Source: an uncultured Christensenella sp.
GTDB lineage: Bacteria; Bacillota; Clostridia; Christensenellales; Aristaeellaceae
Direction: 5' to 3'
Length of the DNA stretch: 61,516 bases
Assembly: GCA_964534515.1 (NCBI GenBank)
Contig: CAZHPW010000001.1
Location: 1 to 61,516 of the forward strand
Shown: piece after piece, positions 1 to 7,564 of the stretch
How positions within the stretch are numbered: the first letter of the stretch is position 1
How the letters are laid out: each line of letters starts with the position of its first letter
Made by a program: the position numbers and the translations under genes
The notes under the pieces: generated by a model
What the model was told of the DNA's origin: nothing
Databases searched by the model: none
The model's input: only the letters and a program-made list of their open reading frames with translations

Positions 1-820
1 GCTTGTCCAGCCATTGTCTGACTTTTCTCGAATGATGAACCCGCAAATTGTCCAAGATCAAGAATACCTTCTTCTTGCCGTCATGCACTAGACGCCGCAT
101 AAAATCAATCAGTTTGTCGCTGTCCATGTTGTCCTTGTATAGCACAAAACGCAGCTTCCCGCGGTTGGATACCGCCGAAAGCATGTTGATTTTGATATGT
201 TTTGCCTCCGTCCTGACGATGGGCGTTTGCCCGACAGGCGCATACCCGCGCAAATAGGTCGCCTGGTTTTGCAACCCCGTTTCATCGCCAAAGTATATCT
301 CGGCATTTTCCTCTTTTGCACGTGCGGATATGCCCGGAAACTCTATTTCCACCCAGCTTTTTACCTTTTCCTCGTCCTGCTTGTACGCGCGCTTTACTGG
401 CCGCTGCACGGAAAAGCCCCACCGCACCAAATAGTAACCCAGTGTCGAAAGCGGCAAGTCGATTTTGTATCTTTGTAGAATGAAACTCCGAATATTATTG
501 CGGCTCCACATACACTCCTTGAATTTCAACTGTTCCGGCGTTTTCTCTGCGATGATCCCTTGAATTTCCCTTTCCTGCTCCGGCGTGAGTATGCGCTTGT
601 CTCCCTTACGCCGCCCGCGTTTCCCCGGCTTGATTCCCGCAATGCCTTTCTCATTGTAAGCTTTTCGTGTGGCGTATACGTAACTCCTGCTCACATCCAG
701 CGCGATCGCAATTTCCCTTGCCGCCATTCCATTTTTCCAGAACCGTATAATGCTCTTTCGCAACCCATATTGCTCGGCCTGGGTCAAATGTCTGGCGTTT
801 GTCTTGAGTTCATTTTCCAT
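1..820 (-). CDS. IS630-family DDE transposase, C-terminal part cut off by the window edge
   Basis: Missing from the ORF track because it runs off the left edge. Minus-strand translation from ATG (820-818) is uninterrupted down to position 2. It reads MENELKTNARHLTQAEQYGLRKSIIRFWKNGMAAREIAIALDVSRSYVY (HTH) ... EIYFGDETGLQNQ ... INMLSAVSNRGKLRF ... KKVFLILDNLRVHHSRKVRQWLDK, the catalytic layout typical of IS630/Tc1-like transposases. Confidence 0.85.
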   Translation of the reverse strand, partial: MENELKTNARHLTQAEQYGLRKSIIRFWKNGMAAREIAIALDVSRSYVYATRKAYNEKGIAGIKPGKRGRRKGDKRILTPEQEREIQGIIAEKTPEQLKFKECMWSRNNIRSFILQRYKIDLPLSTLGYYLVRWGFSVQRPVKRAYKQDEEKVKSWVEIEFPGISARAKEENAEIYFGDETGLQNQATYLRGYAPVGQTPIVRTEAKHIKINMLSAVSNRGKLRFVLYKDNMDSDKLIDFMRRLVHDGKKKVFLILDNLRVHHSRKVRQWLDK

Positions 821-890
821 GCCCAAATTCTATCACTTCTGTTGCCGAATGTCCACTGTTTATTTGGTGTATCAATAACAGCGAACCTGA
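1..890. mobile_element. IS630-family insertion sequence, partial (left end outside window)
   Basis: Transposase gene plus its 5' flank. Only one end is in the window, so no inverted-repeat pair or TA duplication can be checked. The right boundary lies somewhere in 821-893 and is approximate. Confidence 0.55.
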
Positions 891-893
891 CTA

Positions 894-927
894 AGCAAAG
901 GCGCAAGAAAAACGCCTTTGCTTTTTG
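894..927 (+). terminator. Rho-independent terminator with no upstream plus-strand gene (orphaned by the IS?)
   Basis: 10-bp stem AGCAAAGGCG (894-903) / CGCCTTTGCT (913-922), 9-nt loop, then a T-run (922-926). Confidence 0.55.
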
Positions 928-1036
928 ATTGGCCGTTAATCGGACAACGCAAGCCTACAAATCCCCCCTTCTGTTATGGCTTTCCGCTCACACGCGCCTG
1001 TCCTAGCAACAATCATCAAAATTTTTCACATCACCC

Positions 1037-1065
1037 TTGACAATATGTGTTATCTGGTGTAAAAC
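1037..1065 (+). promoter_or_regulatory. Candidate sigma-70-type promoter of the LacI-GH31-ABC operon
   Basis: TTGACA (1037-1042), 17-nt spacer, TAAAAC (1060-1065), about 40 nt upstream of the LacI start codon. Confidence 0.4.
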
Positions 1066-1069
1066 AGTG

Positions 1070-1089
1070 TTACTGAAACGGTTAAGTAA
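1070..1089. promoter_or_regulatory. Imperfect 20-bp palindrome, candidate LacI-family operator
   Basis: TTACTGAAAC|GGTTAAGTAA, 8 of 10 positions symmetric. It sits between the -10 box and the RBS of the LacI-family gene. Confidence 0.3.
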
Positions 1090-1102
1090 TAGTGAGGGCG
1101 GC

Positions 1103-2158
1103 ATGCGCAAGATTAGCATCAAGGATGTAGCCAGGGAAGCCGGGGTGTCCACCACGACGGTGAGCTATGTCCTGAATCAAATCAAAACGCAATCCATCAG
1201 CGATGAGACCAGCCAGCGCGTGCGCGAGGCCGCCGCCCGCCTGGGCTATGTACCCAACCTGAACGCCCGCAGTTTAACCAGCCGCCGCACCAACCTCATC
1301 GGCGTGGTCATTCCCCAGACTGAGCCGGGGCGTGAGTTCATGTTTGACAACCCGTTTTACGGCGCGCTGCTGTCCAGCCTGGAAGTAAACGCCAGGCGGG
1401 CAGGCTATCACCTGCTGTTGACCGGGCCAACCAGCGGGCAAAGCTACATCAACATCGCGCGCAACCGCGGGATTGACGGCATTGTCATCGTGGGCTCCTA
1501 CCCCACCGCCAGCCTGGATGAACTGCATCAATTGTCCATCCCCGTGGTGTTAATTGACACCTATGTCAAGGACAAAGCCTTTCATGTCATTGGCATCAAC
1601 GACAGGGAAGGCGGGCAAATGGCGACGGAGTACCTGATTTCACAGGGGCACCGCCAGATTGCCATTGTCTGCGGGGATGTGCAGGAGCACGGCGTCATGC
1701 GCCAGCGCTACCTGGGCTACCGCGACGCGATTCAAAAAGCCGGCCTGCCACTCAGGCAGGAGCATGTCCTGACGGGGGACGTCAGTTTTGCCTCCGGGCG
1801 CAAAGCCGCGCGCGTCCTTTCAAAAGACCTTCCTGACGTCACGGCGGTGTTTTGCGCCGCTGACATCCTGGGCGCGGGCATGGTAAAAGGCATGCGCCAG
1901 GAAGGCAAACGGGTGCCGGAGGATTTGTCCGTCATCGGGTTTGATGATTTGGACCTGGCGCAGATGTGCGACCCTTCGCTCACCACCATTCACCAGGACA
2001 TCGCGCAAAAGGGCGAGGCCGCCGTCAGAATGATTCTTGACTCCCTGGACGGCAACCCGACGCGGCAGGAAGAGATGGTGCCCATGACCCTGGTGGTCAG
2101 GGACTCGGTAAAAAACCACAACCCCAAAGACGAGGCCGGGGAGGAAGAGAAAGCATGA
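1103..2158 (+). CDS. LacI/GalR-family transcriptional regulator
   Basis: ORF 1037-2158 trimmed to ATG 1103. The N-terminus MRKISIKDVAREAGVSTTTVSYVLN is the LacI HTH and the rest is a periplasmic-binding-protein-like sensor fold. The stop overlaps the next start (ATGA, 2155-2158). Confidence 0.9.
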   Translation: MRKISIKDVAREAGVSTTTVSYVLNQIKTQSISDETSQRVREAAARLGYVPNLNARSLTSRRTNLIGVVIPQTEPGREFMFDNPFYGALLSSLEVNARRAGYHLLLTGPTSGQSYINIARNRGIDGIVIVGSYPTASLDELHQLSIPVVLIDTYVKDKAFHVIGINDREGGQMATEYLISQGHRQIAIVCGDVQEHGVMRQRYLGYRDAIQKAGLPLRQEHVLTGDVSFASGRKAARVLSKDLPDVTAVFCAADILGAGMVKGMRQEGKRVPEDLSVIGFDDLDLAQMCDPSLTTIHQDIAQKGEAAVRMILDSLDGNPTRQEEMVPMTLVVRDSVKNHNPKDEAGEEEKA

Positions 2159-4356
2159 TTCTGCATCTGCCCGAGGGCATGGTCCCCTTTGAGAAGGACG
2201 GGGTGGAGCGCCAGCCGCTCCTGCCAAAAACCGGCCAATTGGTGCGCCTGTACTGCAAACTCACTGAGGGCAATACAGCCCCCCAATTGCTGCTTGAGTC
2301 CGAAGGCGAAGAGACACTCATCCCCTTTTCTTCACGGGATAAGGACATGTTCCAGTTTGAAATCGGGCCGTATGAACATCCGCAGAAGCTGACCTATCGC
2401 TTTGTCTCCGGGGCAGAAGAGAGCGAAGGGTTCGAGTTTGAGGTGTTAAAAGAAACGCGCTATGACAGCGCGGTGCAAGTTCTTGAACAGGAAAACGGCG
2501 TCCTCTTGGTACTGGATACTGACTTAAGCCTTGAACTCAGCCCGGATGCCGAAATGACGTTGCGGCAGGGGCAGCCGGCCGGAAAACGCAGTGACCACAC
2601 AGAATTAAGCCTCAAAGACAACCATGTGTTTCACTTCGGGTCCGGTTGCATTTGGTCACTTAACCGATTAAGCAGCCCTGTCGCCGAGGCGAAATGCTAC
2701 AAGGTGCTCCGCGACAGAACCGGCCGAATCTGGCAGACCAGCCTGGAGGTAAACATCAAGGCCAGCCACATCCTGGGCACCGGCGAACGCTTTGACGCGG
2801 TGGACCAAATGGGCTTGGGAAGCAACGGCAGGGTGGTTGAAAAGTTCACCAACCAGGGCGACATGAGCTACATCCCCATCCCCTTCTTTATGACGGACGA
2901 AGGCCTTGGCTGGTACCGGGAAGGCAGCATCGCGACCCAAATGAGTTTTCAAAAGACAGTGAGCCTGACGCAAAGGGCACAGGGCAGCCTGCTGTCAAAA
3001 GACCGCCTTTTCTTCGGCACGCCGTCCAAGATGCTGTCCTCCTTCATCAGTTTGACCGGCAAGCCTGCCCTGCCGCCTGAATGGGCCTTTGGGGTGTGGA
3101 TATCCGGCAACGGGTGGAAGGATGACGAGGACGTCCTGGAGCAGCTCAACATGCTAAAAGACCACCGCTACCCCGCCAGCGTCATGGTTTTGGAGCAGTG
3201 GAGCGATGAGCAAACCTTTTACCGCTGGCACGAAACGCACTTTCCGCGCCCCAAAGACACGGTCAAAGCTATCAGGGACGCCGGGCTGCACCTCATCCTC
3301 TGGCAGATTCCCGTTATCAAGCATGATGATGAGTTCCCGCATTCCGAAATCCACGAGAACGACATTCGGGAAGCCATTGAGAAACAATATGTCATCAAAC
3401 GGCAGGATGGCAGCCCCTACCGCGTCAACGGCCGCTGGTTCGCCAACAGCCTGCTGCCTGACTTCACCAGGGAAGAAGCCCGGAAGTGGTGGTTTGGCAA
3501 GCGGAAATACCTGCTGGACATGGGCGTTGAGGGCTTTAAGACGGACGGCGGCGAGTTCCTCTTTGAGGAAGGCGCAAGGCTTTATAACGGCATGAACGGC
3601 CTGCAGGCGCACAACCTCTACCCGGGCCAATACATCGCCGCCTATCATCAGTTCCTCAAGGACAATGGCGTCGCCGGGCTGACCTTCAGCCGCGCCGGCT
3701 ATCTTGGCGCCCAAACCCAGCCGGCCCATTGGGCGGGCGACCAGATGAGCACCTGGGAAGAACTGCAGGCGCAGCTGAGGGCAGGGCTGTCCTCCGGCCT
3801 GTCCGGCCTGCTCTTTTGGGGCTTTGATATCGGCGGCTTCGCGGGGCCGATACCGGAGGCGGAACTGTACCTGCGCGCCACAGCGCTAGCCTGCTTCTCC
3901 CCCATCATGCAATGGCACTCAGAGCCAAGGGGCGGCCAATACGGCGGGCGCAAGGCTGAGAACAACGACCGCAGCCCCTGGAACCTGGCCCGGCGCCTGG
4001 GGGATAAGAAGGTGCTTGAAATCGGCGTGTACTTCGCTCAGCTCAGGGAAAGCCTGCGCCCCTACCTGCTGGAGCAGGCGGCAATGTGCGCAGCGGAAGG
4101 CCGGCCGCTCATGGCGCATCTGTGCCTGGACTTTCCGGACGACAAAAAGGTGTACGCCATTGATGACCAATTCATGCTGGGCCATGGCCTCTTGGTCGCT
4201 CCCATCGTTCAAAAAGGGCAGACACAAAGAACGGTCTACCTGCCCAAAGGAACATGGACAGATTACTTTACGGGAAAAGCGTTTGAAGGCGGCCAGACCA
4301 TCCTCTACGAGGCAAAACTTGACCGGATTCCGGTGTTCAACAGGCTAAACGGCTGA
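2155..4356 (+). CDS. Glycoside hydrolase family 31 (alpha-glucosidase/alpha-xylosidase-like)
   Basis: 733 aa. GH31 signatures GFKTDGGE (nucleophile region) and HWAGDQMSTWEEL (acid/base region). Substrate specificity cannot be assigned from sequence alone. Confidence 0.9.
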   Translation: MILHLPEGMVPFEKDGVERQPLLPKTGQLVRLYCKLTEGNTAPQLLLESEGEETLIPFSSRDKDMFQFEIGPYEHPQKLTYRFVSGAEESEGFEFEVLKETRYDSAVQVLEQENGVLLVLDTDLSLELSPDAEMTLRQGQPAGKRSDHTELSLKDNHVFHFGSGCIWSLNRLSSPVAEAKCYKVLRDRTGRIWQTSLEVNIKASHILGTGERFDAVDQMGLGSNGRVVEKFTNQGDMSYIPIPFFMTDEGLGWYREGSIATQMSFQKTVSLTQRAQGSLLSKDRLFFGTPSKMLSSFISLTGKPALPPEWAFGVWISGNGWKDDEDVLEQLNMLKDHRYPASVMVLEQWSDEQTFYRWHETHFPRPKDTVKAIRDAGLHLILWQIPVIKHDDEFPHSEIHENDIREAIEKQYVIKRQDGSPYRVNGRWFANSLLPDFTREEARKWWFGKRKYLLDMGVEGFKTDGGEFLFEEGARLYNGMNGLQAHNLYPGQYIAAYHQFLKDNGVAGLTFSRAGYLGAQTQPAHWAGDQMSTWEELQAQLRAGLSSGLSGLLFWGFDIGGFAGPIPEAELYLRATALACFSPIMQWHSEPRGGQYGGRKAENNDRSPWNLARRLGDKKVLEIGVYFAQLRESLRPYLLEQAAMCAAEGRPLMAHLCLDFPDDKKVYAIDDQFMLGHGLLVAPIVQKGQTQRTVYLPKGTWTDYFTGKAFEGGQTILYEAKLDRIPVFNRLNG

Positions 4357-4381
4357 CATCAGCCGGAAAGGAGGCCAGGGA

Positions 4382-5269
4382 TTGTATCTGCCCAACGCAA
4401 AAACCAGGAGAACCGCGACGGCGGTGTTTTTGGCCCCGTCCCTCATCGGGCTCGTTGTCTTTTGCCTGATTCCCATCTTTATGTCCCTGTTTTACAGCTT
4501 TCAGGATTATGACCTGTTAAGCGGGGTCATGGACTTTGTGGGCTTTAAGAACTTCAGCCGCATCCTCACCGGGCGGGAGTTCCCCCGGGTGTTGCTTCAC
4601 ACCTTCACCTACCTGGGGCTTTATCTCCCACTCATCCTGGCGTTCTCCCTGGGCCAGGCGCTCATCCTCAACCAGAGCTTCAAGGGCCGGGGCGTCATAA
4701 GAACCGTTTTTTATACCCCGGTCATCACCTCCTGGGTGGCGGCGGCGGTGGTCTGGGCCTGGGTCTTGTCCGGCCGCTATGGGCTGATGAACCAGATGCT
4801 GGCCCTCATCGGGGTGAACGGCCCCGCCTGGCTCAACAGCCGCGAGTGGGCGATGCCCGGCGTTGTGATGAGCGCGGTCTGGAAGGACACCGGCTATTAC
4901 GCGCTGATGGTGTTGGCGGCGCTCAAATCCATTGACCCGCTGCTGTATGAGGCGGCGGCGATTGACGGCGCGGGCGGCATCCGCAGGTTCGTCTCCATTA
5001 CCCTGCCGCTCCTGTCCCCAACCCTCTTCCTCCTGGTGGTTATCAACATCATCTACGGCCTTCAGGTGTTTGAATCGGTCCTGATTATGACAGACGGCGG
5101 CCCGGGCGGGGCGACAACCGTGTTTCTGGAGCGAATCTTCAAGTACGCTTTCCGCCAGTACAAAATGGGCATGGCCTCCGCTTTCTCCTGGATTTTGTTC
5201 CTCATTATCCTGGTGTTCACCGTGATTCAGTTCCGTCTGCAAAAGAGGTGGGTGAACTATGACAACTAA
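4382..5269 (+). CDS. Sugar ABC transporter permease (CUT1, MalF/UgpA-type)
   Basis: 295 aa, multi-TM, EAA loop YEAAAIDGAGGIRRFVSITLPLL. TTG start 8 nt after GGAGG. Confidence 0.9.
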   Translation: MYLPNAKTRRTATAVFLAPSLIGLVVFCLIPIFMSLFYSFQDYDLLSGVMDFVGFKNFSRILTGREFPRVLLHTFTYLGLYLPLILAFSLGQALILNQSFKGRGVIRTVFYTPVITSWVAAAVVWAWVLSGRYGLMNQMLALIGVNGPAWLNSREWAMPGVVMSAVWKDTGYYALMVLAALKSIDPLLYEAAAIDGAGGIRRFVSITLPLLSPTLFLLVVINIIYGLQVFESVLIMTDGGPGGATTVFLERIFKYAFRQYKMGMASAFSWILFLIILVFTVIQFRLQKRWVNYDN

Positions 5270-6098
5270 GCCCATCACCAGAAAAATGCGCCGTGCGCTG
5301 TTTTATGCCCTGGTACTGATTTCGGCCCTGTTTACGGTGCTGCCCTTCCTGTTCATGCTGTCCTCTTCCTTAAAGGGCAGCGAGGCCATCCGCACCATCC
5401 CCATCAAGTGGATTCCCGAAAACCCCACCCTGGAAGGCTATCAGCGGGTTTTCAACATGCCCGGCTTCTCCTTTGCCAAAGCCAGCTTCAACAGCCTTTT
5501 CCTGGCGCTCGCGTCCACCCTTGTCCAGGTGCTCTCAGCCGCCATGGCCGCCTTCGTCTTTTCCAAACTGCCCTTCAAAGGCTCTCCCAAGCTCTTTGGC
5601 CTGTACCTGGCGACCATGATGATACCGGGCACGGTGACCATGGTGCCCAACTACATTATCCTAAAAACCCTTGGCCTTCTGGATACCTACACCGGGCTGA
5701 TACTGCCCGCCCTGGCCAACGCCTTTGGGGTTTTCCTGATGCGCCAGTCCATGCTGACGGTGTCTGACAGCTACCTGGAATCCGGCATGCTGGACGGCGC
5801 CTCCCTGTACAGGGTGTTCTTCTCGATTTTGCTGCCCATGGTGTCACCGACCTTGTATACCATGATTTTGCACTCCTTCTTGGGCAGCTGGAACAGTTAC
5901 CTCTGGCCGCTGATTGTCTTGTCCAGCACAGAAAAACAAACCCTGCAGGTGGTGCTGGGCATCATGAACAGCATGTACCGCAACAACGAGCACGTCTTAA
6001 TGGCCGGCGCCGTGCTGACCATCCTGCCGGTCTTGTTGGTGTACATCCTCTCCCAGCGCCGGGTGGACAGCGGAATCGCGCTGGGCGGACTGAAATAG
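5259..6098 (+). CDS. Sugar ABC transporter permease (CUT1, MalG/UgpE-type)
   Basis: 279 aa, EAA loop LESGMLDGASLYRVFFSILLPMV. Overlaps the upstream permease gene by 11 nt. Confidence 0.9.
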   Translation: MTTKPITRKMRRALFYALVLISALFTVLPFLFMLSSSLKGSEAIRTIPIKWIPENPTLEGYQRVFNMPGFSFAKASFNSLFLALASTLVQVLSAAMAAFVFSKLPFKGSPKLFGLYLATMMIPGTVTMVPNYIILKTLGLLDTYTGLILPALANAFGVFLMRQSMLTVSDSYLESGMLDGASLYRVFFSILLPMVSPTLYTMILHSFLGSWNSYLWPLIVLSSTEKQTLQVVLGIMNSMYRNNEHVLMAGAVLTILPVLLVYILSQRRVDSGIALGGLK

Positions 6099-6155
6099 CC
6101 CACAAAATATCGGGACCAACGCAGAAAGCGTTAAAATAATTCGGGAGGTAGAACC

Positions 6156-7388
6156 ATGAAAAAGACCCTGACCCTCATCCTTGCCGTTGTGATGCTGCTA
6201 ACGCTGGCAATGGCGGCAAGCGCGCAGACCACCCTGACCTATGCCAACTTCTCCGCCTCCGGCGCGCAGGAGGAGACGCTCAAAAAGATGATAGCCGTCT
6301 TTGAGGGCAAGAACCCCGACATCAAAATCGACCTGCAGCTCACCGGTTACAACGACTACTTCACCGGCCTGGCCACCCGTGTGGGCGGCGGCAACGCCCC
6401 TGACGTGTTTGAGATGAACATGGAAAACTACCTGGCCTATATGCTGCGCGGCGCTGTCGCCGACCTGAGCGACCTGGGCATTCAGCGGGACAAGTATTCC
6501 GAAGGCACCCTCGCGGCCGTGTCCAGCGACGGCAAGCTCTACGCCGTCCCCATGAGCTTCTCCACCTGCGTGCTCTTTTACAACAAAGACCTGTTTGACC
6601 AAGCCGGCGTCGCCTACCCCACCAATGAGTGGACCTGGGCTGACGCGCAGGCCGCGGCCGAAAAAATCCGCGCGCTGGAGGATGACATCTGGGGTTATTA
6701 CCAGCCCATCTCCTACAACGAGTTCTACAAATCCGTCAAAAGCAACGGCGGCAGCCTGGTGAGCCCCGATTACACCGCCTTTACCGCCAACTCCCCGGAA
6801 AATGTGGCCGTGCTGGACGCGATGCTAAAGCGCGTGCGCGGTGAAAACAACGTGCAGCCCACCCAGGAAGACATGGCCGGCCGCGGCGACTGGGACATGT
6901 TCACCGAGGGCAAACTGGGCATGATTATCACCGGCATCTGGGGCTTCCCCACCTTTACCGAAAAGGCCACCTTTGACTGGGACATCGTGGTTGAGCCCGG
7001 GTTTAAGGACAAGTCCACCTTCTTCTTCGCCAATGTCAACTGCGTCTCCCCCGACAGCGAGAACAAGGAAGCCGCGGCACGCTTCATTGACGCGATGGGC
7101 TCTGACCCGGAGATTGTCAAACTGCGCCTGGACGCCAGCTGGGAACTGCCTACCATCGCCAACCAGGACGAATTGAGCCAGTACCTGACCATCACCCCGC
7201 CGGCCAACCGCGCCGCGGTGTTTGACAGCATGGACTACGCCTCTGCGCCTCCCGCCCTTATCGAAGCAGGCGCGGCGTCTGAAATCATCGGCAATGTGCT
7301 GTCCACCCTGGAAACCAACGACATGAGCGCCCAGGATGCGCTGGATGAAATCCAGGCGCAGCTGGAAGAAGCTGATTTGCTCAAATAA
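6156..7388 (+). CDS. Sugar ABC transporter substrate-binding protein (family 1 SBP)
   Basis: 410 aa, signal peptide MKKTLTLILAVVMLLTLAMAASA, family-1 solute-binding pattern, RBS GGGAGG. Confidence 0.9.
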   Translation: MKKTLTLILAVVMLLTLAMAASAQTTLTYANFSASGAQEETLKKMIAVFEGKNPDIKIDLQLTGYNDYFTGLATRVGGGNAPDVFEMNMENYLAYMLRGAVADLSDLGIQRDKYSEGTLAAVSSDGKLYAVPMSFSTCVLFYNKDLFDQAGVAYPTNEWTWADAQAAAEKIRALEDDIWGYYQPISYNEFYKSVKSNGGSLVSPDYTAFTANSPENVAVLDAMLKRVRGENNVQPTQEDMAGRGDWDMFTEGKLGMIITGIWGFPTFTEKATFDWDIVVEPGFKDKSTFFFANVNCVSPDSENKEAAARFIDAMGSDPEIVKLRLDASWELPTIANQDELSQYLTITPPANRAAVFDSMDYASAPPALIEAGAASEIIGNVLSTLETNDMSAQDALDEIQAQLEEADLLK

Positions 7389-7405
7389 ACGACACATGGA
7401 AAACG

Positions 7406-7438
7406 GGAGGGACGCTCAAGAGCGTCCCTCCTTTTTTT
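7406..7438 (+). terminator. Rho-independent terminator of the GH31/ABC operon
   Basis: Perfect 11-bp stem GGAGGGACGCT/AGCGTCCCTCC, 4-nt loop CAAG, followed by 7 T. Confidence 0.85.
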
Positions 7439-7564
7439 ATGCCGCGAACAGAGCGATTCTTGTACACAATTCCCAAAAATGAATGAAAACAGGTTTGGCG
7501 CGCGTCTAATGGGCAGGACGGTCAATGTCCCGTTTTTTCTTTGCCCGGCTTACAAGGAGGAACC

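Noticed and set aside
2155-4356. Idea that the GH31 enzyme is a sulfoquinovosidase (YihQ-like), linking it to the sulfur-related genes
   Set aside because: I cannot identify the sulfonate-recognising residues by eye, and no sulfoglycolysis genes are nearby. Only a generic GH31 call is supportable.
7541-7564. N-terminal extensions of track ORFs (for example 1037, 7541, 10152, 11833, 11883, 15012, 16719, 23340, 31550, 36702, 37681, 42088, 43100, 45665, 48551)
   Set aside because: In each case an internal ATG or GTG preceded by a GGAGG-like RBS starts a sensible N-terminus (signal peptide, HTH, Rossmann or Walker region). The upstream extension overlaps the preceding gene or has an odd composition.
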